A DNA stretch of 64,000 nucleotides from an uncultured Actinomycetes bacterium (GTDB lineage Bacteria; Actinomycetota; Thermoleophilia; Solirubrobacterales; Solirubrobacteraceae). The notes under the pieces are model-generated. The model was not told where the DNA came from, did no database searches, and saw only the letters and a program-made list of their open reading frames with translations. Numbering within the stretch: the stretch's first letter is position 1; the number at the start of each line of letters is the position of its first letter. Positions 35,130-43,516 of this stretch are shown here, in pieces. The translations under genes were made by a program, and so were the position numbers. Where the stretch lies: assembly GCA_963788935.1 (NCBI GenBank), contig CAWBIM010000017.1, positions 182,543 to 246,542 on the forward strand, read 5' to 3'.

Positions 35130-36523
35130 CGGCCGACGGGCTCGATGCCGCGGCCGGCGTAGAACTCGGCCTCGGCGGCGCCGAGCTCGGTGACCGGCGC
35201 GTCGCCGTAGATCCACTCGCGGGCGATCCGGTGCCAGTTGGCCTTCGCGCGCAGCTGCGACATGACTGCGAGCGTGAGCATCTCGAGGCGGCGGCCGAAG
35301 AGGTGGTCCGGCGGCAGCGTCTCGTGGCGCATCTTGCCGAAGTGCCGCGAGCGCGGGTCGGACATCTGGATGATGATCTCGGTCGCGAGGTCGGGGTCGA
35401 GCTGGACCTCCTCGTCGCGCGTGTACCACCACGTGAAGTCGTCGAACTGCTCGAGGATCCCCTGCTCGTCGTAGTAGGACGGATCGCCGATGAAGCCGCC
35501 CTGGTGCAGCAGCGCGATGAGCTCCGTGCCGCGGCGCTCGATGCCGAGGCGCTGGGTGCCGAGCTCGAACTCCGCGACCGACGCCGGGATCCGCTTGAAC
35601 AGGCCGAAGTCGAGGAACGCCATGCGGCCGTCGTCGAGGAGCATGCAGTTGCCCGGGTGCGGGTCGCCCGAGAACTGGTGGTGGCGGTACATGCAGCCGA
35701 AGTAGAAGCGGAAGACGATCTCGGCGATCCGGTCGCGGTCGTCCTGGGGCAGCTGCTTCATCTCCTCGAACCCGCGCCCGGAGACGAACTCGCTCACGAT
35801 CACGCGCTCGCGCGAGAGCGAGGTCAGGACGTCGGGGATCACGATGAACGGGTGCCCGCGGTAGATGCGCGCGAGCGTGCGCTGGTTCTGGGCCTCGAGC
35901 TCGTAGTCGAGCTCCTCGTCGATGCGCGAGCGGATCTCGGCGGCCATCGACTTCGGGTCGAGGCCGGGGGCGATCGACTTCATGAGCCGCAGGATCATCC
36001 CGAGGTTCTGCATGTCGGCCCGGACCGCGGCGCCGACCCCGGGGTACTGGACCTTCACCGCGACGTCGCGCCCGTCGTCGAGGCGCGCGCGGTAGACCTG
36101 GCCGATCGACGCGGCGGCGATCGGGACGGGGTCGAAGGTCTCGAAGACGGCCTCGATCTTCTCGCCGTACTCCTGCTCGATGACCTTCTTCATGTCCTTG
36201 AAGGAGACCTTCGGCGCGGCGTCGCGCAGCTCGGCGAGCTTGGCCTGGAACTGCTCGCGGTACTCGGGCGGGACGAGGCCGACGTCGAGGAACGACATGA
36301 CCTGGCCGAGCTTCATGGCCGCGCCCTTCATCGTCCCCAGCGCGGCGACGATCTGCTCGGCGGTCTCGACCTGGCGACGGGCGAGCGCCGCCTGCGCGCG
36401 ATCCTCGTCGCGGGTGAGGTTCGCCGCCCGGGTGCCGAGCTGGCGCGCGGCCTGCTCGGCCGCGAGGCGCCCCACGGTGGCCGAGCGGCGCAGACGGGAG
36501 GTCGGGATCGGCTCCTTGGCCAT
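35126..36523 (-). CDS. ABC1/UbiB (AarF) family atypical kinase
   Basis: 465 aa. MKLGQVMSF, PIAAASIGQVYRARL, DVAVKVQYPGV, GDPHPGNCML, FLDFGL. Confidence 0.9.
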   Translation of the reverse strand: MAKEPIPTSRLRRSATVGRLAAEQAARQLGTRAANLTRDEDRAQAALARRQVETAEQIVAALGTMKGAAMKLGQVMSFLDVGLVPPEYREQFQAKLAELRDAAPKVSFKDMKKVIEQEYGEKIEAVFETFDPVPIAAASIGQVYRARLDDGRDVAVKVQYPGVGAAVRADMQNLGMILRLMKSIAPGLDPKSMAAEIRSRIDEELDYELEAQNQRTLARIYRGHPFIVIPDVLTSLSRERVIVSEFVSGRGFEEMKQLPQDDRDRIAEIVFRFYFGCMYRHHQFSGDPHPGNCMLLDDGRMAFLDFGLFKRIPASVAEFELGTQRLGIERRGTELIALLHQGGFIGDPSYYDEQGILEQFDDFTWWYTRDEEVQLDPDLATEIIIQMSDPRSRHFGKMRHETLPPDHLFGRRLEMLTLAVMSQLRAKANWHRIAREWIYGDAPVTELGAAEAEFYAGRGIEPVGR

Positions 36524-36606
36524 CGCGTCCCATGGTACGAACCGCCGCCCGCGCGCCGATCAGCGGCCGGCCCGGCGGGTCGGGCCGCGCGACGCGCCAG
36601 GGCGGG

Positions 36607-37068
36607 TCAGCCGTCGCCGAGCGTGTCGCTGAGCGCCAGCGCGACGGCCGCGTGGACGCAGAGCGCCTCGAGGACCGCCTCGGCCCCGCCGGGGGGCGGC
36701 TCGCCGACGTCGAGGACCGACAGCACGCCGACGACGATGCCGCCGACCGAGATCGGGGCGGCCGCGAGCGCCTCGGGGTGGTAGCCGGCCTCGACCGCGA
36801 TGTCGTGGGCCCAGCGCGGATCGCGGGCGAGGTCGTCGACGACGAGCAGCTGTCCCGACTGCACGACGTGCCCGGCGATGCCCTGGTCGGCGCGGAAGCT
36901 CGCGCCCAGGAGCTCGGGGCCGCCGCCGCCCGCGACGGCCTCGAACACGAGGTCGCCCGTGCGCGGGTCCACGAGCGCGATCGACGACGCACGCGCGTCG
37001 AGCGCCGCGCGGGCGGCCTCGACGATGCCGCGCAGGAGCGCGCCGCGCAGGACGGCCGCGCTCGCCAC
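36607..37068 (-). CDS. GAF domain protein
   Basis: 153 aa. SSIALVDPRTGDLVFEAVAGGG..QGIAGHVVQSGQLLVVDDLARDPRW..AAPISVGGIVVGVLSV. Confidence 0.8.
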   Translation of the reverse strand: MASAAVLRGALLRGIVEAARAALDARASSIALVDPRTGDLVFEAVAGGGGPELLGASFRADQGIAGHVVQSGQLLVVDDLARDPRWAHDIAVEAGYHPEALAAAPISVGGIVVGVLSVLDVGEPPPGGAEAVLEALCVHAAVALALSDTLGDG

Positions 37069-37074
37069 GGCCGG

Positions 37075-37635
37075 TCAGCCCCTCCGCCGCGGAGGGCGAC
37101 GCGGGACGACGGCGCGGCGGCGGCGCAGCGGGAACACCGCCCAGACGACGACGAACGCGACCGCGGTCACGACGCCCGCCACGATCCCGGCCGCCGCGCC
37201 GAACATCACGTCGGAGACGAGCAGCATCACGGCGACCATCGAGACCGCGGTGCTCAGCAGGCCGCCGAGCGCGAGCCGGTTGGAGACCTCGACCATGTAC
37301 GCCTTCTGGCCGAGCCGGAAGAGGATCCGGTGCACGGCGGTCGGCGCGATGAGCAGGACCGACGCCGCCGCGGCCCCGACGAGGGCGGCGAAGTAGGCGC
37401 CGCGCTGGAAGCCCGTGATCTCGTCGAAGCGCGCCGAGAACGGCACGGTCAGCAGGAAGGCGAACAGGACCTGCACGCCCGTCTGGACGACGCGGACCTC
37501 CTGCAGCAGCTCGATGAGGTTGCGGTCGAGGCGCTCGACGTCGGTCTCGTCGCGCTCGGGCGGCACGCCGGAGGCGACGCGCTCGTGGTCGGCGGGCGGG
37601 AGCCGCTCGGCGTCCGTCGAGGGCGGCGCGCCCAC
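37075..37635 (-). CDS. DUF6328 family membrane protein
   Basis: ERLDRNLIELLQEVRVVQTGVQVLFAFLLTVPFSARF plus 3 further TM segments. Family recognised from memory. Confidence 0.7.
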   Translation of the reverse strand: MGAPPSTDAERLPPADHERVASGVPPERDETDVERLDRNLIELLQEVRVVQTGVQVLFAFLLTVPFSARFDEITGFQRGAYFAALVGAAAASVLLIAPTAVHRILFRLGQKAYMVEVSNRLALGGLLSTAVSMVAVMLLVSDVMFGAAAGIVAGVVTAVAFVVVWAVFPLRRRRAVVPRRPPRRRG

Positions 37636-37639
37636 CGCG

Positions 37640-38374
37640 TCAGGCCCCGCGCTGCACGCGCGAGCCCGGGACGATGTCGTCGCGCCCGTCGGGCCAGCGG
37701 ACCCACGCCTTGTGGCCGCCGTCGTAGTCGTCGCCGAGCAGCACGAGCGTCGCCGGCTCGCCGAGCGCGGTGCAGGCCTCGTCGCCCTCCGGGTCGACGC
37801 CGCGCCAGACGCGGATGAAGGCGTTGCCCTCCCACTCGGCCGCGACCGTCGTCGGCTCCGTGTGGCCGGGGCGGATGACGGTCTCCGGCGGGAGCGCCAT
37901 GAGCGTGTCCATGATCGAGGCCTTGAGGTCGTCGTAGCTCGTCGAACCCGGGGCGCGCACGCCGCCGACGGAGTTCTTGAACAGCGTGTCGCCGGTGAAC
38001 ACGTTGCCCTCGACCAGCAGCGAGAGCATCCCGCCCGTGTGGCCCGGGGTGTGCAGCGGCGTGACCTCGAACGGGCCGACCTTCACGACCTCGCCCGGGG
38101 TCATCGGCCCGGTGACCCCGTCGACGGGCTCGTCGGGATGCGCCAGGACCTGGAGGTCGGGCCAGCGCGCGGTGAGCTTGCCCAGCTCCTCGACGTGGTC
38201 GCCGTGGTGGTGGGTCAGCAGGACGTGCGTCGGGGTGATGTCGTTGCGCTCGGCGGCGGCGATCAGCGGCGCGACCGGTCCGCCGGCGTCGACGAAGAAG
38301 CCCTCGCCCCCGCTCTGCCCGACGAGGTAGGTGTTCGAGAGGTAGTCCGAGTTCATGGAGCGTTCGACGACCAT
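37640..38374 (-). CDS. MBL-fold metallo-hydrolase (glyoxalase II-like)
   Basis: VLLTHHHGDHV (HxHxDH), TPGHTGGMLS, FTGDTLF. ATG 38356 is an alternative start. Confidence 0.85.
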   Translation of the reverse strand: MVVERSMNSDYLSNTYLVGQSGGEGFFVDAGGPVAPLIAAAERNDITPTHVLLTHHHGDHVEELGKLTARWPDLQVLAHPDEPVDGVTGPMTPGEVVKVGPFEVTPLHTPGHTGGMLSLLVEGNVFTGDTLFKNSVGGVRAPGSTSYDDLKASIMDTLMALPPETVIRPGHTEPTTVAAEWEGNAFIRVWRGVDPEGDEACTALGEPATLVLLGDDYDGGHKAWVRWPDGRDDIVPGSRVQRGA

Positions 38375-38392
38375 CCGCGACACGCTACTGGC

Positions 38393-38782
38393 ATGATCCG
38401 AGCGATGCCCGCCCTGATCCACACCTGCTACCGCATCGGCGACATCGACCGCTCGGTCGCCTTCTACACCGCCCTCGGCTTCGAGGAGCGCCGCCGCATG
38501 CCGATCCGCGACGAGGCGATCAACGTCTTCATGGGCCTGCCCGGGGACGGCGACCGGCTCGAGCTGACCTACAACTTCGGCGTCGACTCCTACGAGCTCG
38601 GCACCGGCTACAACCACGTCGCGATCACCGCGCCCGATCTCGACGAGACCCTGGACCGGCTGAAGGAGCAGGGGATCGAGCCCGAGAAGCCGCCGTACAC
38701 CGTGCGCGAGGGCGGCTCGCGGATCTGCTTCGTGCGCGACCCCGACGGCTACCGGATCGAGATCATCGAGGGCGACCGGTAG
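38393..38782 (+). CDS. gloA: lactoylglutathione lyase (glyoxalase I, VOC family)
   Basis: 129 aa. HTCYRIGDIDRSVAFYTALGF..LELTYNFGVDSYELGTGYNHVAI..ICFVRDPDGYRIEIIE is collinear with E. coli GloA ([39 protein letters not shown]). Confidence 0.85.
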   Translation: MIRAMPALIHTCYRIGDIDRSVAFYTALGFEERRRMPIRDEAINVFMGLPGDGDRLELTYNFGVDSYELGTGYNHVAITAPDLDETLDRLKEQGIEPEKPPYTVREGGSRICFVRDPDGYRIEIIEGDR

Positions 38783-38786
38783 GCGG
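38744..38786 (+). repeat. direct repeat copy 1 (43 bp perfect): last 12 codons + stop of gloA + 4 nt
   Basis: gacggctaccggatcgagatcatcgagggcgaccggtaggcgg is identical to 41164-41206 (offset 2420 nt). 7 of the next 9 nt also match. Confidence 0.95.
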
Positions 38787-38937
38787 ACCCGGCCGAACCT
38801 CCTAGCCGCTTCCCGGGCTCCTTCGGTAGCCCGTCGCCGTCCAGCGCCCGCAGTACGCCGCCCGGCGCACCGAATTCGCCCTTCGGCGCCGGGATGCCGA
38901 TGGATGAGGGACGACCACAACCGATCGAGGTTCCGCT

Positions 38938-41010
38938 GTGTCTGCCCTCCGTTCCATCCCGCACCGGCTCGGGAGCAGGCTCGCGCTCGCGCTCGTCTCC
39001 GCCGGGCTGCTCGCCGCGCTCCCGGCCGCCGCGACCGCCTCCGTCGCCGGCGGGCCCGGGGCGACAGCCTCGCGCCCGGCGAGCGCCGTCGCCGCGCCGC
39101 CGACCAGGGCCGCCCGCGTCCACCGCGTCGGTGGCCCGGTACGGAAGGCGTGGCCGGCGAAGGGCCGGCGCGCTCCGGGGACGCGGCTCGCACGCTGGCT
39201 CGCCCGGCAGGTCGGACCGAAGACCCCGCGCGTCTGCCGGACGTTGCCCGACGCGCAGCGCCGCGCGTGCCTGGCCGCCAGGCGCCCGCCCCGTGCCGAC
39301 CGGGCCAGAATCGCCGCGGCGACCGCCGCCGTGCGCGTGGCGACGACCGCGGCGCTCGCGCCCGCCCTCGCCGCCCGCGCGAGCGGCCGCCCGATCGAGA
39401 TGCTCCGCTCGTACGCCATCCCGACCGACGACCCCTCCTACGATCGCCTGCTGAACTGGTCCTGGTCCTATGACTCGGCGCTGGCCGCCGCCGCCTTCGC
39501 GGCCGGTGGCGACCGCGAGCAGGCGACGCGCCTCCTCGATCAGCTCGCAGCGCTGCAGCGGACCGACGGCTCGATCGAGCTCGCCTTCAACGTCGAGACC
39601 GGCGAGGCGAGCCCGCTGATCCGCTCGGGAACCGTCGCGTGGCTCGGCCTCGCCGCCGTCACGTACGACGCCGCCTTCGACACCGACCGCTACCGCGACA
39701 CCGCGGAGCGCGCGGCCGGCTTCCTCCTCTCGCTGCAGGACGCCGACGGCCTGGTCGCCGGCGGGCCCGACGTGAAATGGGTCTCGACGCAGCACAACCT
39801 CCTCGCCTACACACTGCTCGACCGCCTCGGCGACGAGGTCGCCGGGGACGTCAAGCGCGCCGGCTCCTATCGCGATGCGGCCGCGACGATGGGCACCGCG
39901 ATCGATGCGAGACTGCTCGTCCAGGAGGAGGGCCGGACGTTCTTCCGCCAGGGTCTCGACGACGACGCGCAGGCACTCGACACGCAGGCCATCGGCAGCA
40001 TGTACCTGATGGGCCGCGGCCGGGCCGACCTCGGCGCGTTCGTCCTCGCGGGCGCCCAGAGCTTCGCCGTCGGCAAGCGCTCGATCGAGCGCTCCGACGA
40101 CAAGGCCACGTTCAACGCCTCCTACGAGGCCCCCGGCCCGTTCATCGGCTACCGGCCGTATCTCGGCAGCGAGACCCCGGACGTGCTGTGGTTCGAGGGC
40201 ACCGCCGAGATGCGGCTGGCACAGGTCGCATTCGGCCAGGACACCAGCGAGCTCGACGCGAGCATGGAGCGCTGGGCGGCCGTCACCGGCAAGGCCGGCG
40301 ATGCCCCGCTCGGCGTCGATCGCACCGTGACCGACAACGCGTTCGGCGAGTACCACGTGTGGCCGACCGGCGCCGCCGGGGCCTGGTCGCTGCTGTCGGC
40401 GGCGAGCCCGACGTTCTTCGTCGCCGCGGCGCCCGAGGGCACGAGGGTTGTGACCGACTGGACACGCGTCCGCGGGGACGAGAAGCAGATCGAGCTCCGC
40501 CCCGACGGCCGCGTGAACATGACGACCGAGGGCGGCGAGCGCCGGGTGCTCGCCGGGTCGGCGACAGGCCACGACGCCACCGTGACGGTCGATGCAGAGC
40601 TGCTCTACGGCAGTGGATACGGCGTCTACGTGCGCGCGACCACCGACAAGGAGACCGCGCTCACCGGGTACTGCCTGCAGTTCGATCGCTCGAGCGGCGT
40701 GATCGCCCTGCGCCAGGTGCAGGGCGACAAGGAGCTCGGACGGCCGCTCGCGCAGATGCAACCGGCGAAGGGCTTCGACTGGAACAAACGCCATCGCGTC
40801 AGCGTCACCGTGCGCGGCAACGGCCTCGCCGCCTCCATCGATGGCGAGACGGTGCTCGCCGTGCCGGATCTCGCGGCCGCGTCGGCCAAGGCCGCCGAGG
40901 CGTCGGGCATGAGCGGTGTGAGCGCTCCTACGGCCGGCCGGTACGGCCTCCGGGCGTGGAGCAAGGCGCTGGTCCGCTTCCAGGACTTCACGGTCGAGCG
41001 TGCGCACTGA
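38938..41010 (+). CDS. secreted 690-aa hypothetical protein; possible alpha/alpha-barrel-like central region and lectin/DUF1080-like C-terminal beta domain
   Basis: Signal LALALVSAGLLAALPAAATASVAG. Central DGSIELAFNV..VAWLGLAAVTYD..LQDADGLVAGGPD. C-terminal GYGVYVRAT..GYCLQFD..HRVSVTVRGNGLAASIDGETVLAV..GRYGLRAWSKALVRFQDFTV. The domain calls are from memory and low confidence. Confidence 0.6.
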   Translation: MSALRSIPHRLGSRLALALVSAGLLAALPAAATASVAGGPGATASRPASAVAAPPTRAARVHRVGGPVRKAWPAKGRRAPGTRLARWLARQVGPKTPRVCRTLPDAQRRACLAARRPPRADRARIAAATAAVRVATTAALAPALAARASGRPIEMLRSYAIPTDDPSYDRLLNWSWSYDSALAAAAFAAGGDREQATRLLDQLAALQRTDGSIELAFNVETGEASPLIRSGTVAWLGLAAVTYDAAFDTDRYRDTAERAAGFLLSLQDADGLVAGGPDVKWVSTQHNLLAYTLLDRLGDEVAGDVKRAGSYRDAAATMGTAIDARLLVQEEGRTFFRQGLDDDAQALDTQAIGSMYLMGRGRADLGAFVLAGAQSFAVGKRSIERSDDKATFNASYEAPGPFIGYRPYLGSETPDVLWFEGTAEMRLAQVAFGQDTSELDASMERWAAVTGKAGDAPLGVDRTVTDNAFGEYHVWPTGAAGAWSLLSAASPTFFVAAAPEGTRVVTDWTRVRGDEKQIELRPDGRVNMTTEGGERRVLAGSATGHDATVTVDAELLYGSGYGVYVRATTDKETALTGYCLQFDRSSGVIALRQVQGDKELGRPLAQMQPAKGFDWNKRHRVSVTVRGNGLAASIDGETVLAVPDLAAASAKAAEASGMSGVSAPTAGRYGLRAWSKALVRFQDFTVERAH

Positions 41011-41163
41011 GGCGGTCCGGGGCACGAGACACGGGCATCCGGGACGGAGTGACGCGGCCGGGCGGCACGCGAGCGCGCGTCCCATCACATCTGCCATGCT
41101 GCCGCTCGATTTGCTCGACGCTCGGGGGCCGATTCTCATTCAGTTGGCATCGTTCTGGACGTG

Positions 41164-41206
41164 GACGGCTACCGGATCGAGATCATCGAGGGCGACCGGT
41201 AGGCGG
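41164..41206 (+). repeat. direct repeat copy 2 (43 bp perfect), non-coding copy of the gloA 3' end, 33 nt upstream of the next gene
   Basis: Identical to 38744-38786. Preceded by an unusually AT-richer spacer (41090-41160). Confidence 0.95.
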
Positions 41207-41239
41207 CCCCCGCCGGGCGTCGGGGCCGGACAGGCGAAG

Positions 41240-41923
41240 ATGAGCGGCGCACGGACAGCGGCCGCGGCGGGGCTGCTCGCCGCCGTGCTCGCGCTCGCCG
41301 CGCCGGCCGCCGCCCAGGCGCCGACCGTCGACGTCCCGGTCACGTTCTCCGTGCGCAGCCTCCTGCCCGGGGCCACGTTCAGCGTGAGCGGGACGCTGCC
41401 CGGCGGCGCCGCGGACGCGGGCCGCGCGCTCGAGCTGTACGAGCAGCGCGCCCCGTTCCCGGCCGCGTACGCGCTCGCGTCGACCGGCGCGGCGGGGGCG
41501 GCGGGCGAGTTCACGTTCACCGTGACGCCGGAGCGCAAGGCCTACTGGGCCGTGGTCGCGCCGCCGACCGCGACCCGGCCACGGGAGGCGTCGAACGGCT
41601 TCCTCGTCGCGGTCCGCCGGAAGGTGTCGATCCGCACGTCGACCAGGCGCCCGCGCAAGGGGGCGCTCGTGCGCTTCTCGGGCTTCGTCTCGCCGTCGTT
41701 CCCGCTCGGGCCGGAGAGCGTCGCGACGCTCCAGCGACGCAACGCGAAGGGCGGGTTCGACAACGTCCGCTCGGTCCGCCTCGGGGCCGCGGGCGCCTTC
41801 TCGAGCTACCGGCTGCGCCTGCGCCTCGGCGTCTCCGGCGTCTACCGCGTCGTGGTGCCGTCGAGCACGTTCTTCTCGACGGGCGCGAGCGTCGCCGTGA
41901 CGCTCCGCGTCCGCCGTCGCTGA
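41240..41923 (+). CDS. secreted hypothetical protein (227 aa)
   Basis: Signal MSGARTAAAAGLLAAVLALAAPAAAQA. Beta-rich repeats (FSVSGTLPGG, FTFTVTPE, VRFSGFVSP, YRVVVPSS). Confidence 0.6.
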   Translation: MSGARTAAAAGLLAAVLALAAPAAAQAPTVDVPVTFSVRSLLPGATFSVSGTLPGGAADAGRALELYEQRAPFPAAYALASTGAAGAAGEFTFTVTPERKAYWAVVAPPTATRPREASNGFLVAVRRKVSIRTSTRRPRKGALVRFSGFVSPSFPLGPESVATLQRRNAKGGFDNVRSVRLGAAGAFSSYRLRLRLGVSGVYRVVVPSSTFFSTGASVAVTLRVRRR

Positions 41924-41998
41924 CGCCCCGGTCCGGACGGATGTCCAGGTGCGTCCGGCTCGCTCAAGGGCGGCTGAGCAGGATCCGATCACCCGGCC

Positions 41999-43486
41999 AT
42001 GCTTCGGCACCGTCCTGGTCCGCTCGCACTGCTCGCCGCCTCGGCGCTGTTGCCCGGCGCCGTGCTCGAGCAGTTCGGCGCCGCCAACGTCGCGATCTCC
42101 GGTCGCGGGCACTTCTTCCTGGTCGCGATCGCCGCCGGGGTCGCCGCGTTCGCCTCCGCCGGCCTGACCGCCACCGCGGTCCGGCGCCGCGACGGGCAGG
42201 CCGCGCTGCTCGGCACCGCGTTCTCGACGATGACCGCCATGCTCGCGGTCCACGGCCTCGCGACCCCGGGCGTGCTCGTCGGCCCCAACGGGGTCGTCGC
42301 ACTGGCCGGCGGCATGTCGCTCCCGGCCGGCGCGGCGCTGCTGGCACTGACCGCGCTTCCCCGCCTGCGCGACACGCGGCGGATGGGCCCGCTGCTCGCG
42401 CTCCAGGCCGCGCTGGCGGTGGGCGTCCTCGCCCTCGGCGCCGCCGGGATGCTGTGGCCGACGCACGTCCCGGCCGTCCCGGCGTCGGGCAGCCGCGGCG
42501 CGCTCGTCCTGATGATCGGTGGCGCATCGCTGTACGCCCTGCTCGCCGACCGCGCGATGCGCACGTTCGCCTTGACCCGCCGCCGCGACGACCTCCTCGT
42601 CGCGGTCGGCTGCGCGTGGCTCGCCGTCGCCGCGTTCGCCACCCTGACCCGCACCCCGGGCTCCGCCGGCTTCTACCTCGGCCACCTGCTCGAGATCACG
42701 GGCGTGCTGCTCCTCGGCGTCCCGGTCGCCCGCGACCTGCGCCGCCGCGGCGCCTCCCGGCCGCTCGTCGGCGACCTCACCGCCGCCGAGGTGGTCGCCT
42801 CCGAGGAGGCGTACATCGGGCCCCGCGTGCGCTCGCTCATGGTCCGCCTCGGCGCCCACGACGGGTCGACCGAGGGCCACTCGCGCCGCGTCGCGCTGCT
42901 GGCCGTCCAGGTCGGCGAGGCGCTCGGCCTGCCGCCGGCGACGCTGCGCCACCTCGCCGTCGGCGGCCTGCTGCACGACATCGGCAAGCTGTCGATCGGC
43001 GGCGCGATCCTCCGCAAGCCGGGCGCGCTGACCGACGCCGAGTACACCGAGGTCAAGCGCCATCCCGAGGCGGGCGTCCAGCTCCTGCGCGCGCTCGGCG
43101 GCTTCCCGGCCGCCGTGCACGCCCTCGTCGGCGAGCACCACGAGCGCCTCGACGGCGCCGGCTACCCGAACGGCCTCGCCGGCTGCGACCTCGCGGTCGG
43201 GCCGCGGATCCTCGCGGTCTGCGACGTCTACGACGCGCTCGTCTCCGACCGCGTCTACCGCGAGGCGTGGTCGACCGACCGCGCCCTCGCGCTCCTGCGC
43301 GAGCAGGCGGGCACGGCCTTCGACCCGGTCTGCGTCGAGTCGCTCGCCCGCGTGGTCGCTCCCGACGCCGCCCTCACGTCGCTCACCGGCGACACCGGCC
43401 AGGGCCGCCCGGCGACGCCGCCGGTCGCCCCCGCGCCGGCGGCGCCCGCGCCCACTGCGGGCGCGGCGGCGATCCGGGCCGCCTGA
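41999..43486 (+). CDS. membrane-anchored HD-GYP domain protein (putative cyclic-di-GMP phosphodiesterase)
   Basis: About 250 aa polytopic N-terminus. HSRRVALLAVQVG, GGLLHDIGKLSI, VKRHPEAG, VGEHHERLDGAGYPNGL. Confidence 0.88.
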   Translation: MLRHRPGPLALLAASALLPGAVLEQFGAANVAISGRGHFFLVAIAAGVAAFASAGLTATAVRRRDGQAALLGTAFSTMTAMLAVHGLATPGVLVGPNGVVALAGGMSLPAGAALLALTALPRLRDTRRMGPLLALQAALAVGVLALGAAGMLWPTHVPAVPASGSRGALVLMIGGASLYALLADRAMRTFALTRRRDDLLVAVGCAWLAVAAFATLTRTPGSAGFYLGHLLEITGVLLLGVPVARDLRRRGASRPLVGDLTAAEVVASEEAYIGPRVRSLMVRLGAHDGSTEGHSRRVALLAVQVGEALGLPPATLRHLAVGGLLHDIGKLSIGGAILRKPGALTDAEYTEVKRHPEAGVQLLRALGGFPAAVHALVGEHHERLDGAGYPNGLAGCDLAVGPRILAVCDVYDALVSDRVYREAWSTDRALALLREQAGTAFDPVCVESLARVVAPDAALTSLTGDTGQGRPATPPVAPAPAAPAPTAGAAAIRAA

Positions 43487-43516
43487 CCCCGCCCGGGCCG
43501 TATAGCCTTCGCCGCC

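Noticed and set aside
38787-41163. Search for integrase, transposase, terminal inverted repeats or a tRNA target that would make the repeat-bracketed segment a classical mobile element
   Set aside because: None were found on either strand, so I report it only as a direct-repeat-flanked insertion and not as a mobile_element feature.
41110-41202. Possible remnant of a second VOC/glyoxalase gene ending in repeat copy 2 (..HSVGIVLDVDGYRIEIIEGDR*)
   Set aside because: Similarity to gloA decays within about 20 nt upstream of the 43-bp repeat, and no longer VOC-like ORF exists. It is better explained as the duplicated junction of an insertion.
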